This document shows, one piece after another, positions 8,998 to 18,165 of a stretch of 34,241 nucleotides of DNA. Location of the stretch: assembly GCA_964652515.1 (NCBI GenBank), contig CAZZAK010000002.1:1-34241 (forward strand). Reading direction: 5' to 3'. The DNA is from an uncultured Clostridium sp. (GTDB lineage Bacteria; Bacillota_I; Bacilli_A; RF39; UBA660). Numbering within the stretch: the first letter of the stretch is position 1; each line of letters starts with the position of its first letter. Under the pieces are notes generated by a model. It was not told the DNA's origin. It saw only the letters and a program-made list of their open reading frames with translations, and searched no databases. The translations under genes were made by a program, and so were the position numbers.

Positions 8998-10048
8998 ATT
9001 TAAATAGTGATTCATAGTCGTAGTTTAGATAAAAATTCTTGATATCTTCTATATGCTTTTTATAATTGTCTTTTGTAAGTAAATTATCTTTGGTAGATAT
9101 TTTTTTTAATATAAATGAGTTTATTTTTTCACTGTAATGTCTAATATCTTTGTAATTATTTAAATCAGTGATTATATCATATTCATTTAAAAAGGAATAT
9201 ATATAGATATTTTTATGTTCTAATAGCAATTCTGTTACATACTGAATACAATCTAATTGCATATTTAATACTCCTTCTTGGTTGGCATTATCCCAATAGT
9301 AGATACTGTATGGAGGGTAAAATAAATAAAAATCAATATTTGGATATTTATCTGCTAAATCCGTTACATTTTGTTTAATATTTTCCCAAGCATTTTTGTA
9401 ATCAATTTGAGTAGTAATATATGTTGATTTTTTTGACATCCTAATATATTGTGAATTAGTAGCTTTTTTTGAAAATTCATACTTATTATACCATGATGCG
9501 TAATCATCAAATGATGTGCTATTTTGTTTAGTAGCTGTTTTAATGATTGATTCAAATGCATTGGTTATAGCATTTTTATTTAACAAATAATTAATATCAT
9601 TTAATTTATTATCATCATATAAATATTTTGGATAGTTATTTGAATTATATGCTATAGCATCTTTTGGTTCATTTAATTTATATAAATCTAGACATCTCAA
9701 TATTATTTTTATATTGTCATTGTAATTTGTGGCTGTTATTAAATTATCGTTGATTTCTTTAAACATTGCTCCTGCAAATGGTATTTTAATGCTATTAACA
9801 TTAAATAATTTATTAAATTCAGAAACTTTAAAATTTTCTACCATTGATGTTCCTGTTATTATTGCATTGTAATCAAAATGTTTTATAATACCATCGTTTT
9901 GGTATCTTTCATTATCGAGAATATATGCAATATTTGTTGATGGTTTACGATAATGAAAATATGGGTCAATTATAACTACTATGAATGCGAAAAAAAGAAG
10001 AATAAGTGAAGATATAATTAATAGTGTAATTACAAATTTTTTGCTCAT
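8996..10048 (-). CDS. Membrane-anchored extracytoplasmic protein, DltD/SGNH-like; probable acyl-transfer partner of the MBOAT (paralog 1)
   Basis: N-terminal TM segment. Candidate nucleophile block 'AIITGTSMVENF'. C-terminal D-x-x-H ('KDIRHYSE'). Last gene of the MBOAT operon. The family call is by motif and context only. Confidence 0.5.
   Translation of the reverse strand: MSKKFVITLLIISSLILLFFAFIVVIIDPYFHYRKPSTNIAYILDNERYQNDGIIKHFDYNAIITGTSMVENFKVSEFNKLFNVNSIKIPFAGAMFKEINDNLITATNYNDNIKIILRCLDLYKLNEPKDAIAYNSNNYPKYLYDDNKLNDINYLLNKNAITNAFESIIKTATKQNSTSFDDYASWYNKYEFSKKATNSQYIRMSKKSTYITTQIDYKNAWENIKQNVTDLADKYPNIDFYLFYPPYSIYYWDNANQEGVLNMQLDCIQYVTELLLEHKNIYIYSFLNEYDIITDLNNYKDIRHYSEKINSFILKKISTKDNLLTKDNYKKHIEDIKNFYLNYDYESLFK
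9675..9916. repeat. Near-identical 242-nt block shared by the two DltD-like paralogs (copy 1)
   Basis: Aligns without indels to 10776-11017 at a constant offset of 1101 nt, with about 18 mismatches by hand count. The flanking gene sequence is clearly more diverged. Confidence 0.85.
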
Positions 10049-10090
10049 GCTTTATTTCTCCTTTGATATGATTTCTTTAAAATTTAGTTA

Positions 10091-11152
10091 TTAATTAGAG
10101 AAGAGCTTATCATAGTTGTAATTTGTATAAAATTCTCTAATATCATTTATTTTGCTTTTATAATTATCTTTGTTAATAATCTTTTCATTATTTGCCATTT
10201 TCTGAAGCATAATTGAATTGATTTTTTCACTATAATGCTCGGTATCTTTATAATTATTTAGGTTAGTAATAATCTCATATTCATCTAAAAAAGAATATAG
10301 ATGTATGTTTTTATGTTCTAATAATAATTTTGTTGTATATTCGATATAATCTAATTCTTTATTTAGATCTCCATTCTGATTGAGATTATCCCAATAATAA
10401 ATACTATATGGAGGATAAAATAAATAGAAATCTATGTTTGGATATTTATCTGCTAAATTTGTTACATTTTGCTCAATATTATTTTTTATAGTAATATAGT
10501 CTTTCTTGGTTATTATTCTATTTTTCTTTTTTTTGCTGCTTCTAATATATTGTGAATCTACCATATCTTTTGAAAACTCAACACCAGTATATTTGTACCA
10601 AGCACTATAGTCATCAAATGTAGTGCTGTTTTCATTATCAATTGTTTGTTTTAGGAAATTAATAGAGTTAATAATAATGTCTTTATTTAATAAATATTCA
10701 ATATCATTAAATATATTGTTATCATATAAATATGTTGGATATGTATCATAAGCTATAGCATTTTTAGGTTTATTCAATTTATATAAATCTAAACATCTCA
10801 ATATTATTTTTATATTGTCATTGTAATTTGTGGCTGTTATTAAATTGTCGTTTATTTCTTTAAACATAGCTCCTTCAAATGGTATTTTAATGCTATTAAC
10901 GTTAAATAGTTTATTAAACTCAGAAACTTTAAAATTTTCTGTCATTGATGTTCCTGTTATTATTGCATTGTAGTCAAAGTGCTTTACAATCCCATCATTT
11001 TGATATCTTTGATTATCTAATGTGTAAGTTAAATGTTTTATTGGTTTATGATAATGAAAACAAGGATCAATAATAATAACAAATGAACTTAGTAAAACAA
11101 AAATAGTAATAGTAGATATTAAAGTGATAATTACAAACTTTTTACTTGACAT
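10091..11152 (-). CDS. Membrane-anchored extracytoplasmic protein, DltD/SGNH-like; probable acyl-transfer partner of the MBOAT (paralog 2)
   Basis: Same architecture as 8996-10048 ('AIITGTSMTENF', 'KDTEHYSE'). Immediately downstream of the MBOAT gene. Confidence 0.5.
   Translation of the reverse strand: MSSKKFVIITLISTITIFVLLSSFVIIIDPCFHYHKPIKHLTYTLDNQRYQNDGIVKHFDYNAIITGTSMTENFKVSEFNKLFNVNSIKIPFEGAMFKEINDNLITATNYNDNIKIILRCLDLYKLNKPKNAIAYDTYPTYLYDNNIFNDIEYLLNKDIIINSINFLKQTIDNENSTTFDDYSAWYKYTGVEFSKDMVDSQYIRSSKKKKNRIITKKDYITIKNNIEQNVTNLADKYPNIDFYLFYPPYSIYYWDNLNQNGDLNKELDYIEYTTKLLLEHKNIHLYSFLDEYEIITNLNNYKDTEHYSEKINSIMLQKMANNEKIINKDNYKSKINDIREFYTNYNYDKLFSN
10776..11017. repeat. Near-identical 242-nt block shared by the two DltD-like paralogs (copy 2)
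   Basis: See copy 1 (9675-9916). Confidence 0.85.
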
Positions 11153-11167
11153 AGTAATCCCCCTTTA

Positions 11168-12622
11168 TTAAAAATTGAAATATAAAAATGTACTAATTCC
11201 ACTAAATGATATAATACTCCATACTAGTAGTATAACTACCTTGATAATATTAATAGGTGTTGATTTGAATTTTTTGGCTTTTTCAATTGTATTTAAAGAA
11301 CCTAGCATAATTATAAATGTAATTATAAAAAATAATAGTGGTATGGCATATGGAAAATATAAATCAATTTTTAATGTTTTAAAAATTAAATTTAGTTCTG
11401 GTAATTCAAATGCGTTAATTATATTTTCATTAATTGGCCCAAAGTTACATAAAAGGATACGATAAATAATTCTTAATGCTTGTTTTATTGAATCTGCTCT
11501 AAAGAAAATCCATGCAATATTTACAAAGCCAAATGTTATCATCCAATTAAGAACTGGATGTAATTTGTCAAAGAAATTTTTATATTTTCTAGTAACTACA
11601 GAAAAAATTCCATGTAGTAATCCCCAGAAGACAAATGTCCAATTGGCACCATGCCAAAAACCACTTATTATAAATATGATTAATATATTAATGTATGTTC
11701 TTTTGACTCCTTTCTTGCTACCGCCAAGTGGAATATAAATATATTTTGTGAAGAATCTTGTTAATGTCATATGCCATCTATCCCAAAAATCATTGATATT
11801 TAATGCTTTATATGGTGAATTGAAATTAGTTGGTAAATCAATATTAAACATTTTGCCTAAGCCTATAGCCATATCGGAATATCCAGAGAAATCAAAGTAT
11901 ATTTGAATTGTGTAAGATAGCATTATAATTATAGAATTTGTTGTATTGAGAGTATCAATATTGCTGTAACCCCAGTTGACAGCTATTCCAAATACGTCAG
12001 CAATTAATACTTTTTTTGCAAGCCCTAATGTGAATATATAAATACCTTTGGCTAAATTATCCCAGTTAATGCTTTTGTTTTTTTGGTTTAAAAATTGTGG
12101 TATTAATTCATCATAAGTTACAATGGGTCCAGCAATTAGCTGTGGAAAGAATGCTACGAATGATGCATAGTATAGAAAACTATAGTTCGGAACTTCTTTT
12201 TTGTATGCATCAATAACAAATGATAATTGTTGAAATGTAAAAAAACTTATTCCTAAAGGCAATACAATATTTAAAAGATTAAAATTACAATTAAACAATT
12301 TATTAATATTGTCTATAAAGAAATCCATGTACTTGTAGTAGATAAGTATTCCAATATTAAATAATAATCCTATGTATAGGAGTAATTTTCTTGAATTCTT
12401 TTTTTCTGTGATTTTAAAAATATGGTAAATCAAATAATTTATGATAATACTTAAGATAATAATTAATAAATAATATATATTAAAGTATGCATAAAACCAT
12501 AGTGACATAATTAGTAAAAATGCCTGTGCTAATTTGTATTTTTTAAAATGATTTAAAGTAAAGTATCCTAACAAACATATTGGTAAAAATAAAAATAGAA
12601 AAATATATGAATTAAATAACAT
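11168..12622 (-). CDS. MBOAT-family membrane-bound O-acyltransferase, AlgI/PatA-like
   Basis: Start moved to the ATG at 12622 ('MLFNSYIF...', the canonical MBOAT N-terminus), 7 nt after GGAGG (plus-strand CCTCC 12630-12634). 'DFWDRWHMTLTRFFTKYIYIPLGGS' and 'SGFWHGANW' contain the conserved His. Confidence 0.9.
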   Translation of the reverse strand: MLFNSYIFLFLFLPICLLGYFTLNHFKKYKLAQAFLLIMSLWFYAYFNIYYLLIIILSIIINYLIYHIFKITEKKNSRKLLLYIGLLFNIGILIYYKYMDFFIDNINKLFNCNFNLLNIVLPLGISFFTFQQLSFVIDAYKKEVPNYSFLYYASFVAFFPQLIAGPIVTYDELIPQFLNQKNKSINWDNLAKGIYIFTLGLAKKVLIADVFGIAVNWGYSNIDTLNTTNSIIIMLSYTIQIYFDFSGYSDMAIGLGKMFNIDLPTNFNSPYKALNINDFWDRWHMTLTRFFTKYIYIPLGGSKKGVKRTYINILIIFIISGFWHGANWTFVFWGLLHGIFSVVTRKYKNFFDKLHPVLNWMITFGFVNIAWIFFRADSIKQALRIIYRILLCNFGPINENIINAFELPELNLIFKTLKIDLYFPYAIPLLFFIITFIIMLGSLNTIEKAKKFKSTPINIIKVVILLVWSIISFSGISTFLYFNF

Positions 12623-12641
12623 GCTGTTTCCTCCTTTTTTT

Positions 12642-12670
12642 ATTATATATGTATTCTTTTTGAAAATCAA
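12642..12670 (-). promoter_or_regulatory. Sigma-A-type promoter for the MBOAT operon
   Basis: On the minus strand: TTGATT (12670-12665), 17-nt spacer, TATAAT (12647-12642), just upstream of the RBS. Confidence 0.5.
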
Positions 12671-12696
12671 TTGTATTATGCTATATATAAAATATA

Positions 12697-12726
12697 TTGA
12701 CAATGTTCTTATATACAATTTATAAT
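12697..12726 (+). promoter_or_regulatory. Sigma-A-type promoter for the DUF3048 gene
   Basis: TTGACA 12697-12702, 18-nt spacer, TATAAT 12721-12726. The ATG at 12747 is preceded by AAGGTAGG. Confidence 0.55.
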
Positions 12727-12746
12727 TATATTAAGGTAGGTGTCAT

Positions 12747-13817
12747 ATGAGAAGTAAAATATCTAAGGGTAATGGTAAATCAAAAAGGTTAATATTTATA
12801 TTACTTATTGCAGTAGTGACTATTATAGGAATAGTTCTAATATGTATTAAATTTTTAAGTAAATCTTCTGAATCTAAAAATATTGATGTTAAAAAACCAG
12901 ATGATCCAGTTGTAGAAAAGCAAGTGCAAATAATAGACATTAATTCTAAAACTAGACCATATGCTGTCATGATTAATTGTCTTAATGAAGCGTTACCTCA
13001 ATCTGGATTAGATAAAGCATATATTGTTTATGAACTTATGGTAGAGTATGGAATAACAAGAATGTTTGCTTTATTTAAGGATGTAGACTTTGATAAAGTG
13101 GGATCAGTTAGAAGTGTTAGAAGTCAATACTTACCATATTTATTTGAAAATGATGCAATACTTGTTCATGCTGGTGGGCAAAAAGAAACTATTGATAGAA
13201 TAGCTAATGAAGGAATAACTCATATTGATGTAGATGGTCAATATGGTGTTAGAGATGGTGAACTTGCTAAAAAAAGAGCTTGGGAACATACTTTATTTAC
13301 TAATTCTAATTTGCTTTCTAAAGCTGTATCAAATATGAATATTAGGAGCACTACCGATACTAAAAATTTATTAACTTATAGTGCTTCCGAATTAGATTTA
13401 TCTAAGTATGAAACTAAGGATGCTAAAAACATTAGTATTAAGTATTCTAATTATCGTACTTCTAATTATAGTTATGATGAGAATAGTAAAACTTATTTAC
13501 GTTCCATGAATGGTACTAAGAATGTAGACTTAGTTAGTGGTAAACAATATCAAGTTAAAAATATTATTGTATATGGTGCTAAGTATACGACTTATACTTT
13601 AAGAGGAACTGGATATCAAAAGATAGAGGATATTACTTCTGGGGAGGGATACTATATTACTGATGGGGTAGTTCTTCCTATTACTTGGAGTAAATCTAGT
13701 GAAAAAGCTCAAACTGTTTATAAAATAAAAGAAGATGGAAAAGAATTAGTTGTTAATGATGGTAATACTTATATTCAGATATATCCATCTAATGGTGGAA
13801 ACTTATCTATTAGTTAA
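12747..13817 (+). CDS. DUF3048 (YerB-like) membrane-anchored protein of unknown function
   Basis: N-terminal TM segment. 'RPYAVMINCLNEALPQSGLDKAYIVYELMVEYGITRMFALF' matches the DUF3048 core as I remember it. Confidence 0.75.
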   Translation: MRSKISKGNGKSKRLIFILLIAVVTIIGIVLICIKFLSKSSESKNIDVKKPDDPVVEKQVQIIDINSKTRPYAVMINCLNEALPQSGLDKAYIVYELMVEYGITRMFALFKDVDFDKVGSVRSVRSQYLPYLFENDAILVHAGGQKETIDRIANEGITHIDVDGQYGVRDGELAKKRAWEHTLFTNSNLLSKAVSNMNIRSTTDTKNLLTYSASELDLSKYETKDAKNISIKYSNYRTSNYSYDENSKTYLRSMNGTKNVDLVSGKQYQVKNIIVYGAKYTTYTLRGTGYQKIEDITSGEGYYITDGVVLPITWSKSSEKAQTVYKIKEDGKELVVNDGNTYIQIYPSNGGNLSIS

Positions 13818-13826
13818 TTTAAGTGT

Positions 13827-13859
13827 AAAAAAATATCAATATTTATTGGTATTTTTTTT
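13827..13859 (+). terminator. Possible weak intrinsic terminator
   Basis: AT-rich hairpin (ATCAAT / ATTGGT core with one G-U pair, extended by A/T pairs) followed by a T-run at 13852-13859. Confidence 0.35.
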
Positions 13860-13897
13860 AATTTATATTAATTTATGGTATACTTAATATATGGGAG

Positions 13898-15103
13898 ATG
13901 ATTTTCGTGTATAGGAATACTTATGTTGAGGTTAATTTAGATAATATTATTAGTAATGTTAAGAATATTATTTCTAAATATGATAATTATAAATATTATA
14001 TAGGAGTTATTAAGGGACATGCTTATGGACATGGTGAATATATAGCTAAATATATAATAGAGAATGGTATTAATTATTTAGCAGTATCATCTTTGGATGA
14101 GGCTATAGAAACTAGGAAATATATTTCTATGGATTTTCCTATACTATGTTTAGAACCTATATCTTTGGATTATATAGATAAGGTAATAGAGAATAATGTT
14201 ACTTTAACAGTATCTAATATGGATTATTATGAAGAACTTAAGAAAAAAAATATTAAGATTAAATTTCATTTAAAATTAAATACTGGTATGAATAGGCTTG
14301 GTATTAGTGAAATAGCTGATATTGAAAAAATATATGAAGATACTATTAAGAATAAATCTAATTTAGAGATGGAGGGCATTTATACTCATTTGGCTACTAA
14401 TGGGGTATATGATAAATTATATAAGAGTCAGATAGATAAATTTATTTATTTAACTAGTACTATAGATTTAGAGAAAATTAAAATAGTGCATGTTGGTAGA
14501 AGTACAACATTAGATTTCTTTCCTAAATTATCTTTTGCTAATGGTGTAAGACTTGGAATAATGATGTATGGTATTAAATCTACTTTTCCTAGTAATAAGG
14601 GCATTAGAAATAAATTGAGAAACTGGAAGTATGCTAAGATAAGAGAAAAATATAATTTACCAATTCCTTATACCGAAAATGATTTAGAACTTAAACAATG
14701 TTTTAGCTTATATAGTCAAGTTATTGATATAGTTAAAATTAAGAAGGGTGATACTGTAGGATATGGTTCATCTAATATTGTTCCTAAAAGTGGATTTATT
14801 GCTACGATACCTTTAGGTTATGCTGATGGTGTGTCTACTAACTATAAGAAGATAGAAGTTAATATTAATGGTAAAAAATATCCAGTAGTAGGTACTATAA
14901 ATATGGGTATGATGACAATACTTGTTGATAAGAATGTATCTTTATATGATAAAGTGGAAGTTATTTCTATTAATGAATCATATAAGGAGAAAGCTAGAGG
15001 TATGGGGGTAACTCCTTATGTATTTATGACAGGTATTAATAGTAATGTTTATAGGGTATATATTAAAGATAGAAAAGTAATAAAAGTTATTGGAGGAAAT
15101 TAG
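13898..15103 (+). CDS. Alanine-racemase-family PLP racemase (divergent)
   Basis: PLP-Lys 'VIKGHAYGHG', 'HLKLNTGMNRLG', 'GIYTHLAT', 'VRLGIMMYG', 'VGYG' and 'PLGYADG' align to Lys39/Arg136/His166/Arg219/Tyr265 of the Geobacillus enzyme. The start could instead be GTG 13907, 9 nt after GGGAG. A TGgTATACT extended -10 lies at 13876-13884. Confidence 0.85.
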   Translation: MIFVYRNTYVEVNLDNIISNVKNIISKYDNYKYYIGVIKGHAYGHGEYIAKYIIENGINYLAVSSLDEAIETRKYISMDFPILCLEPISLDYIDKVIENNVTLTVSNMDYYEELKKKNIKIKFHLKLNTGMNRLGISEIADIEKIYEDTIKNKSNLEMEGIYTHLATNGVYDKLYKSQIDKFIYLTSTIDLEKIKIVHVGRSTTLDFFPKLSFANGVRLGIMMYGIKSTFPSNKGIRNKLRNWKYAKIREKYNLPIPYTENDLELKQCFSLYSQVIDIVKIKKGDTVGYGSSNIVPKSGFIATIPLGYADGVSTNYKKIEVNINGKKYPVVGTINMGMMTILVDKNVSLYDKVEVISINESYKEKARGMGVTPYVFMTGINSNVYRVYIKDRKVIKVIGGN

Positions 15104-15104
15104 A

Positions 15105-16322
15105 ATGGATTTTGATGTAGTGTTAATTGGAACAGATATTAATGCCTATTATATGGCTAGAAATTTTCATGAAGAATATGGTATTAATTCACATGTTATT
15201 GGTAGGGTACCTATGTTATTTACTAGTTTAAGTTCTATAGTTGATATAACTATGGTAGAGGATTTATTAGATAATAAAGTTTTTGTTGATACTTTAATAG
15301 ATATGGCTAAGAAAATTAATAAGAAAAAAATAATTCTTATAGGTTGTAATGATGAATATGTATCTTTGATAATTAAAAATAGTAAGGAGTTATCTAAGTA
15401 TTATTTATTTAATTATACTAATCAGGAATTATTATCTAAATTGGTTAATAAAGAGAATTTTTATGAATCATTTAAAGATTCTATATTAGATTTTCCTTTA
15501 ACATATATATATGATGTTAAGAAAGAATTAGATATTAATGAAATAAATAAATTTAGATATCCGATTATTATTAAAGCAAGTAATGTTATAGAATATCATA
15601 TTCATGATTTTGATGGGCAAGCTAAAGTATATAAATTAAATACTTTAGAAGAAGTAGAGGATACTATTAAAATGATAAAAGATTCTGGATATTCTGATAA
15701 ACTTATTATTCAAGAGTATATACCTGGTGGGGATGATAAATTATTTGATAGCGTATTCTATGTATCAAGCAAAGGTAATGTAGAGCTACAATCATTTGGT
15801 CAAATAGGTCTTCAAGAGCATACTAAAACTGGTATAGGGAACTTAACGGTTTTAATTAATGGATATAATCAGTTTGGTGGAACTAAAGAGATACAAGAAA
15901 AATTAAAAAGATTTTTAGAGAGTATTAAATTTAATGGAGCTTGTGAATTTGATTTAAAATATGATATTCGTGATAAGAAGTTTAAAGTATTTGAAATTAA
16001 TCCTAGGCAGGCTAGAAGCAGTTATTATTTAACTAAGTGTGGTTATAATTTAGCTAAGTATTTTGTAGATGATTTAATTTATAATAAAGAACATGATTTT
16101 GTATTTATAGAAAATGAGGTAGCTTTATCTTTTGTACCTGATTATGTTATACGAAAGTATATAAAGAATAAAGAGTATAAAAAGAAATTCTTTTCGTTAA
16201 AAAGAAAAGGATTGTTTACTCATCCGATTGCTTATGATAAAGATATGCCAAAAGAAAGAAAAAAATGGTTATTTAGGAGAAGTTTAAATTATATTAGAAA
16301 ATATCGAGAAGGTAGATGGTAA
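15105..16322 (+). CDS. ATP-grasp ligase, COG3919 / D-aspartate-ligase (Aslfm)-like
   Basis: ATG 15105 lies 8 nt after GGAGG 15092-15096 and 1 nt after the racemase stop. 'VVLIGTDINAYYMARNFHEEYG' resembles the Asl N-terminus as I recall it. ATP-grasp blocks 'IIIKASN', 'LIIQEYIPGGDD' and 'EFDLKYD...FKVFEINPR' are present. Confidence 0.7.
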   Translation: MDFDVVLIGTDINAYYMARNFHEEYGINSHVIGRVPMLFTSLSSIVDITMVEDLLDNKVFVDTLIDMAKKINKKKIILIGCNDEYVSLIIKNSKELSKYYLFNYTNQELLSKLVNKENFYESFKDSILDFPLTYIYDVKKELDINEINKFRYPIIIKASNVIEYHIHDFDGQAKVYKLNTLEEVEDTIKMIKDSGYSDKLIIQEYIPGGDDKLFDSVFYVSSKGNVELQSFGQIGLQEHTKTGIGNLTVLINGYNQFGGTKEIQEKLKRFLESIKFNGACEFDLKYDIRDKKFKVFEINPRQARSSYYLTKCGYNLAKYFVDDLIYNKEHDFVFIENEVALSFVPDYVIRKYIKNKEYKKKFFSLKRKGLFTHPIAYDKDMPKERKKWLFRRSLNYIRKYREGRW

Positions 16323-16325
16323 TTA

Positions 16326-18161
16326 ATGTGTGGATTTGTAGGATTTGTTGATAAGAGTCCAAAAAGTAAAAAAGATAAAATTATTAAGAAAATGGCTGAT
16401 ATTATCAAGCATAGAGGACCTGATTCTGATGGGTATTATACTGATGATGATGTTGCATTAGGTTTTAGAAGGTTATCTATTATAGATTTATCTGGTGGTA
16501 CTCAGCCTATATATAGTGAGAAAAAAGACTATGTAATAGTATTTAATGGAGAAATATATAACTATCAGGAAATTAGGGCTGAACTTAAGAAAAAGGGTTA
16601 TAAATTTAAAACTAATACTGATACTGAAGTAATACTTAATGGATATATTGAGTATAAGGAAAAGATTCTTAATAAGCTTAGAGGTATGTTTGCTTTTATT
16701 GTTTATGATATTAAAAATAAAATAGTTTTTGGAGCAAGAGATTTCTTTGGTATTAAGCCTTTATATTATGGAATACATGATGATTTATTTATATTTGGTT
16801 CTGAAATTAAAAGCTTTTTAGGACATCCTAATTTTAAGAAAGAATTAAATAAAGATGCATTAAAGCCTTATTTAACATTTCAGTATTCTCCATTAAATGA
16901 GACATTTTTTAAGAATGTTTATAAGTTAGATCCTGGTCATTATTTTATATATAAGAATGATAAACTAGAAATTAAAACTTATTATGAGATAGAATATGAC
17001 AATAAGAAAGATGAACCATTAGATAAGGTAATTGATGATATTAATAAATGTATGAAAGAAAGTGTTTTCTATCATAAAATAGCAGATGTTGAAGTAGGAT
17101 CATTCTTATCTAGTGGTGTTGATTCATCATATATTGTTAGTATTTCAGATGTTGATAAGACATATACGGTTGGTTTTAAGACTGATGGTTTTGACGAAAC
17201 GGAACCTGCTAGAGAATTATCGAAAATGTTAAAGAAAAAACATAGGGAAGAATATATTACAGAAGATATGTTTTTTGATGCTATTCCTAAAGTACAATAT
17301 TATTCTGATGAACCTCATGCTAATTTATCAGCTGTTCCTTTATATTATTTATCTAAAATGGCAAGAGAGGACTTAAAGGTAGTATTATCTGGAGAAGGTG
17401 CTGATGAATTGTTTGGGGGATATCTAGAATACTATGAATCTGATTTTGTTAAAAAATATAAAAAGATTCCATATGGTATTAGACATGTTTTAGGAGTTAT
17501 AGCTAAGAAATTTCCTAAGATGTGGGGTAGAAACTTCTTAGTTAGATGTGGTATGCCTTTATATGATCATTATATTGGACAAGCATTTATTATGGATAAT
17601 GAAGAAGCTAATTCATTATTGACAAGTGAATATAAGAATAAATTAACTTATCAAGATGTAGTAAAAGATACTTGTAATAAGGTTAAAGATAAAGAAGAGA
17701 TTATTCAGAAAATGTATTTGGATATGAAATATTGGTTACCTTATGATATATTACTTAAGGCTGATAAGATGACAATGGCTAATTCACTAGAATTAAGAGT
17801 ACCATTTTTGGATAAGGAAGTATTTAAATTAGCTAGTAAGATACCTACTAAATATTTAGTTAATGAAGGTACTACTAAATATGCTTTTAGAAAAGCAGCT
17901 TATGAAAAGATACCAGAAGAATGGTCTAAGAGAAAGAAAATGGGATTTTTAGTTCCTATTCGCGAATGGTTAAGAGAAGAAAAATATTATAATTTAGTTC
18001 ATGATATGTTTAATAGAGAATGGGTTAGTGAATTCTTTAATATAGATAAGATTAATAAGTTATTAGATGATCATTATAACAATCAAAAAAACAATCAAAG
18101 AAAGATATATACTATTTATGCTTTCTTAGTATGGTATAATGAATATTTCATAGAGAGATGA
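16326..18161 (+). CDS. asnB: Glutamine-hydrolysing asparagine synthase family amidotransferase (AsnB-like)
   Basis: N-terminal nucleophile 'MCGFVGF'. PP-loop 'SFLSSGVDSS'. 611 aa. Confidence 0.9.
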   Translation: MCGFVGFVDKSPKSKKDKIIKKMADIIKHRGPDSDGYYTDDDVALGFRRLSIIDLSGGTQPIYSEKKDYVIVFNGEIYNYQEIRAELKKKGYKFKTNTDTEVILNGYIEYKEKILNKLRGMFAFIVYDIKNKIVFGARDFFGIKPLYYGIHDDLFIFGSEIKSFLGHPNFKKELNKDALKPYLTFQYSPLNETFFKNVYKLDPGHYFIYKNDKLEIKTYYEIEYDNKKDEPLDKVIDDINKCMKESVFYHKIADVEVGSFLSSGVDSSYIVSISDVDKTYTVGFKTDGFDETEPARELSKMLKKKHREEYITEDMFFDAIPKVQYYSDEPHANLSAVPLYYLSKMAREDLKVVLSGEGADELFGGYLEYYESDFVKKYKKIPYGIRHVLGVIAKKFPKMWGRNFLVRCGMPLYDHYIGQAFIMDNEEANSLLTSEYKNKLTYQDVVKDTCNKVKDKEEIIQKMYLDMKYWLPYDILLKADKMTMANSLELRVPFLDKEVFKLASKIPTKYLVNEGTTKYAFRKAAYEKIPEEWSKRKKMGFLVPIREWLREEKYYNLVHDMFNREWVSEFFNIDKINKLLDDHYNNQKNNQRKIYTIYAFLVWYNEYFIER

Positions 18162-18165
18162 TAAT

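Noticed and set aside
8996-15103. Reading MBOAT plus DltD-like proteins plus the adjacent alanine racemase as a Dlt-type D-alanylation system.
   Set aside because: No DltA adenylation enzyme, DltC carrier protein or DltX peptide is present. The MBOAT motifs ('DFWDRWH', 'FWHGANW') are AlgI/PatA-like, i.e. the O-acetyl type. The racemase is in a separate, oppositely oriented transcription unit. I kept it only as a remote possibility.
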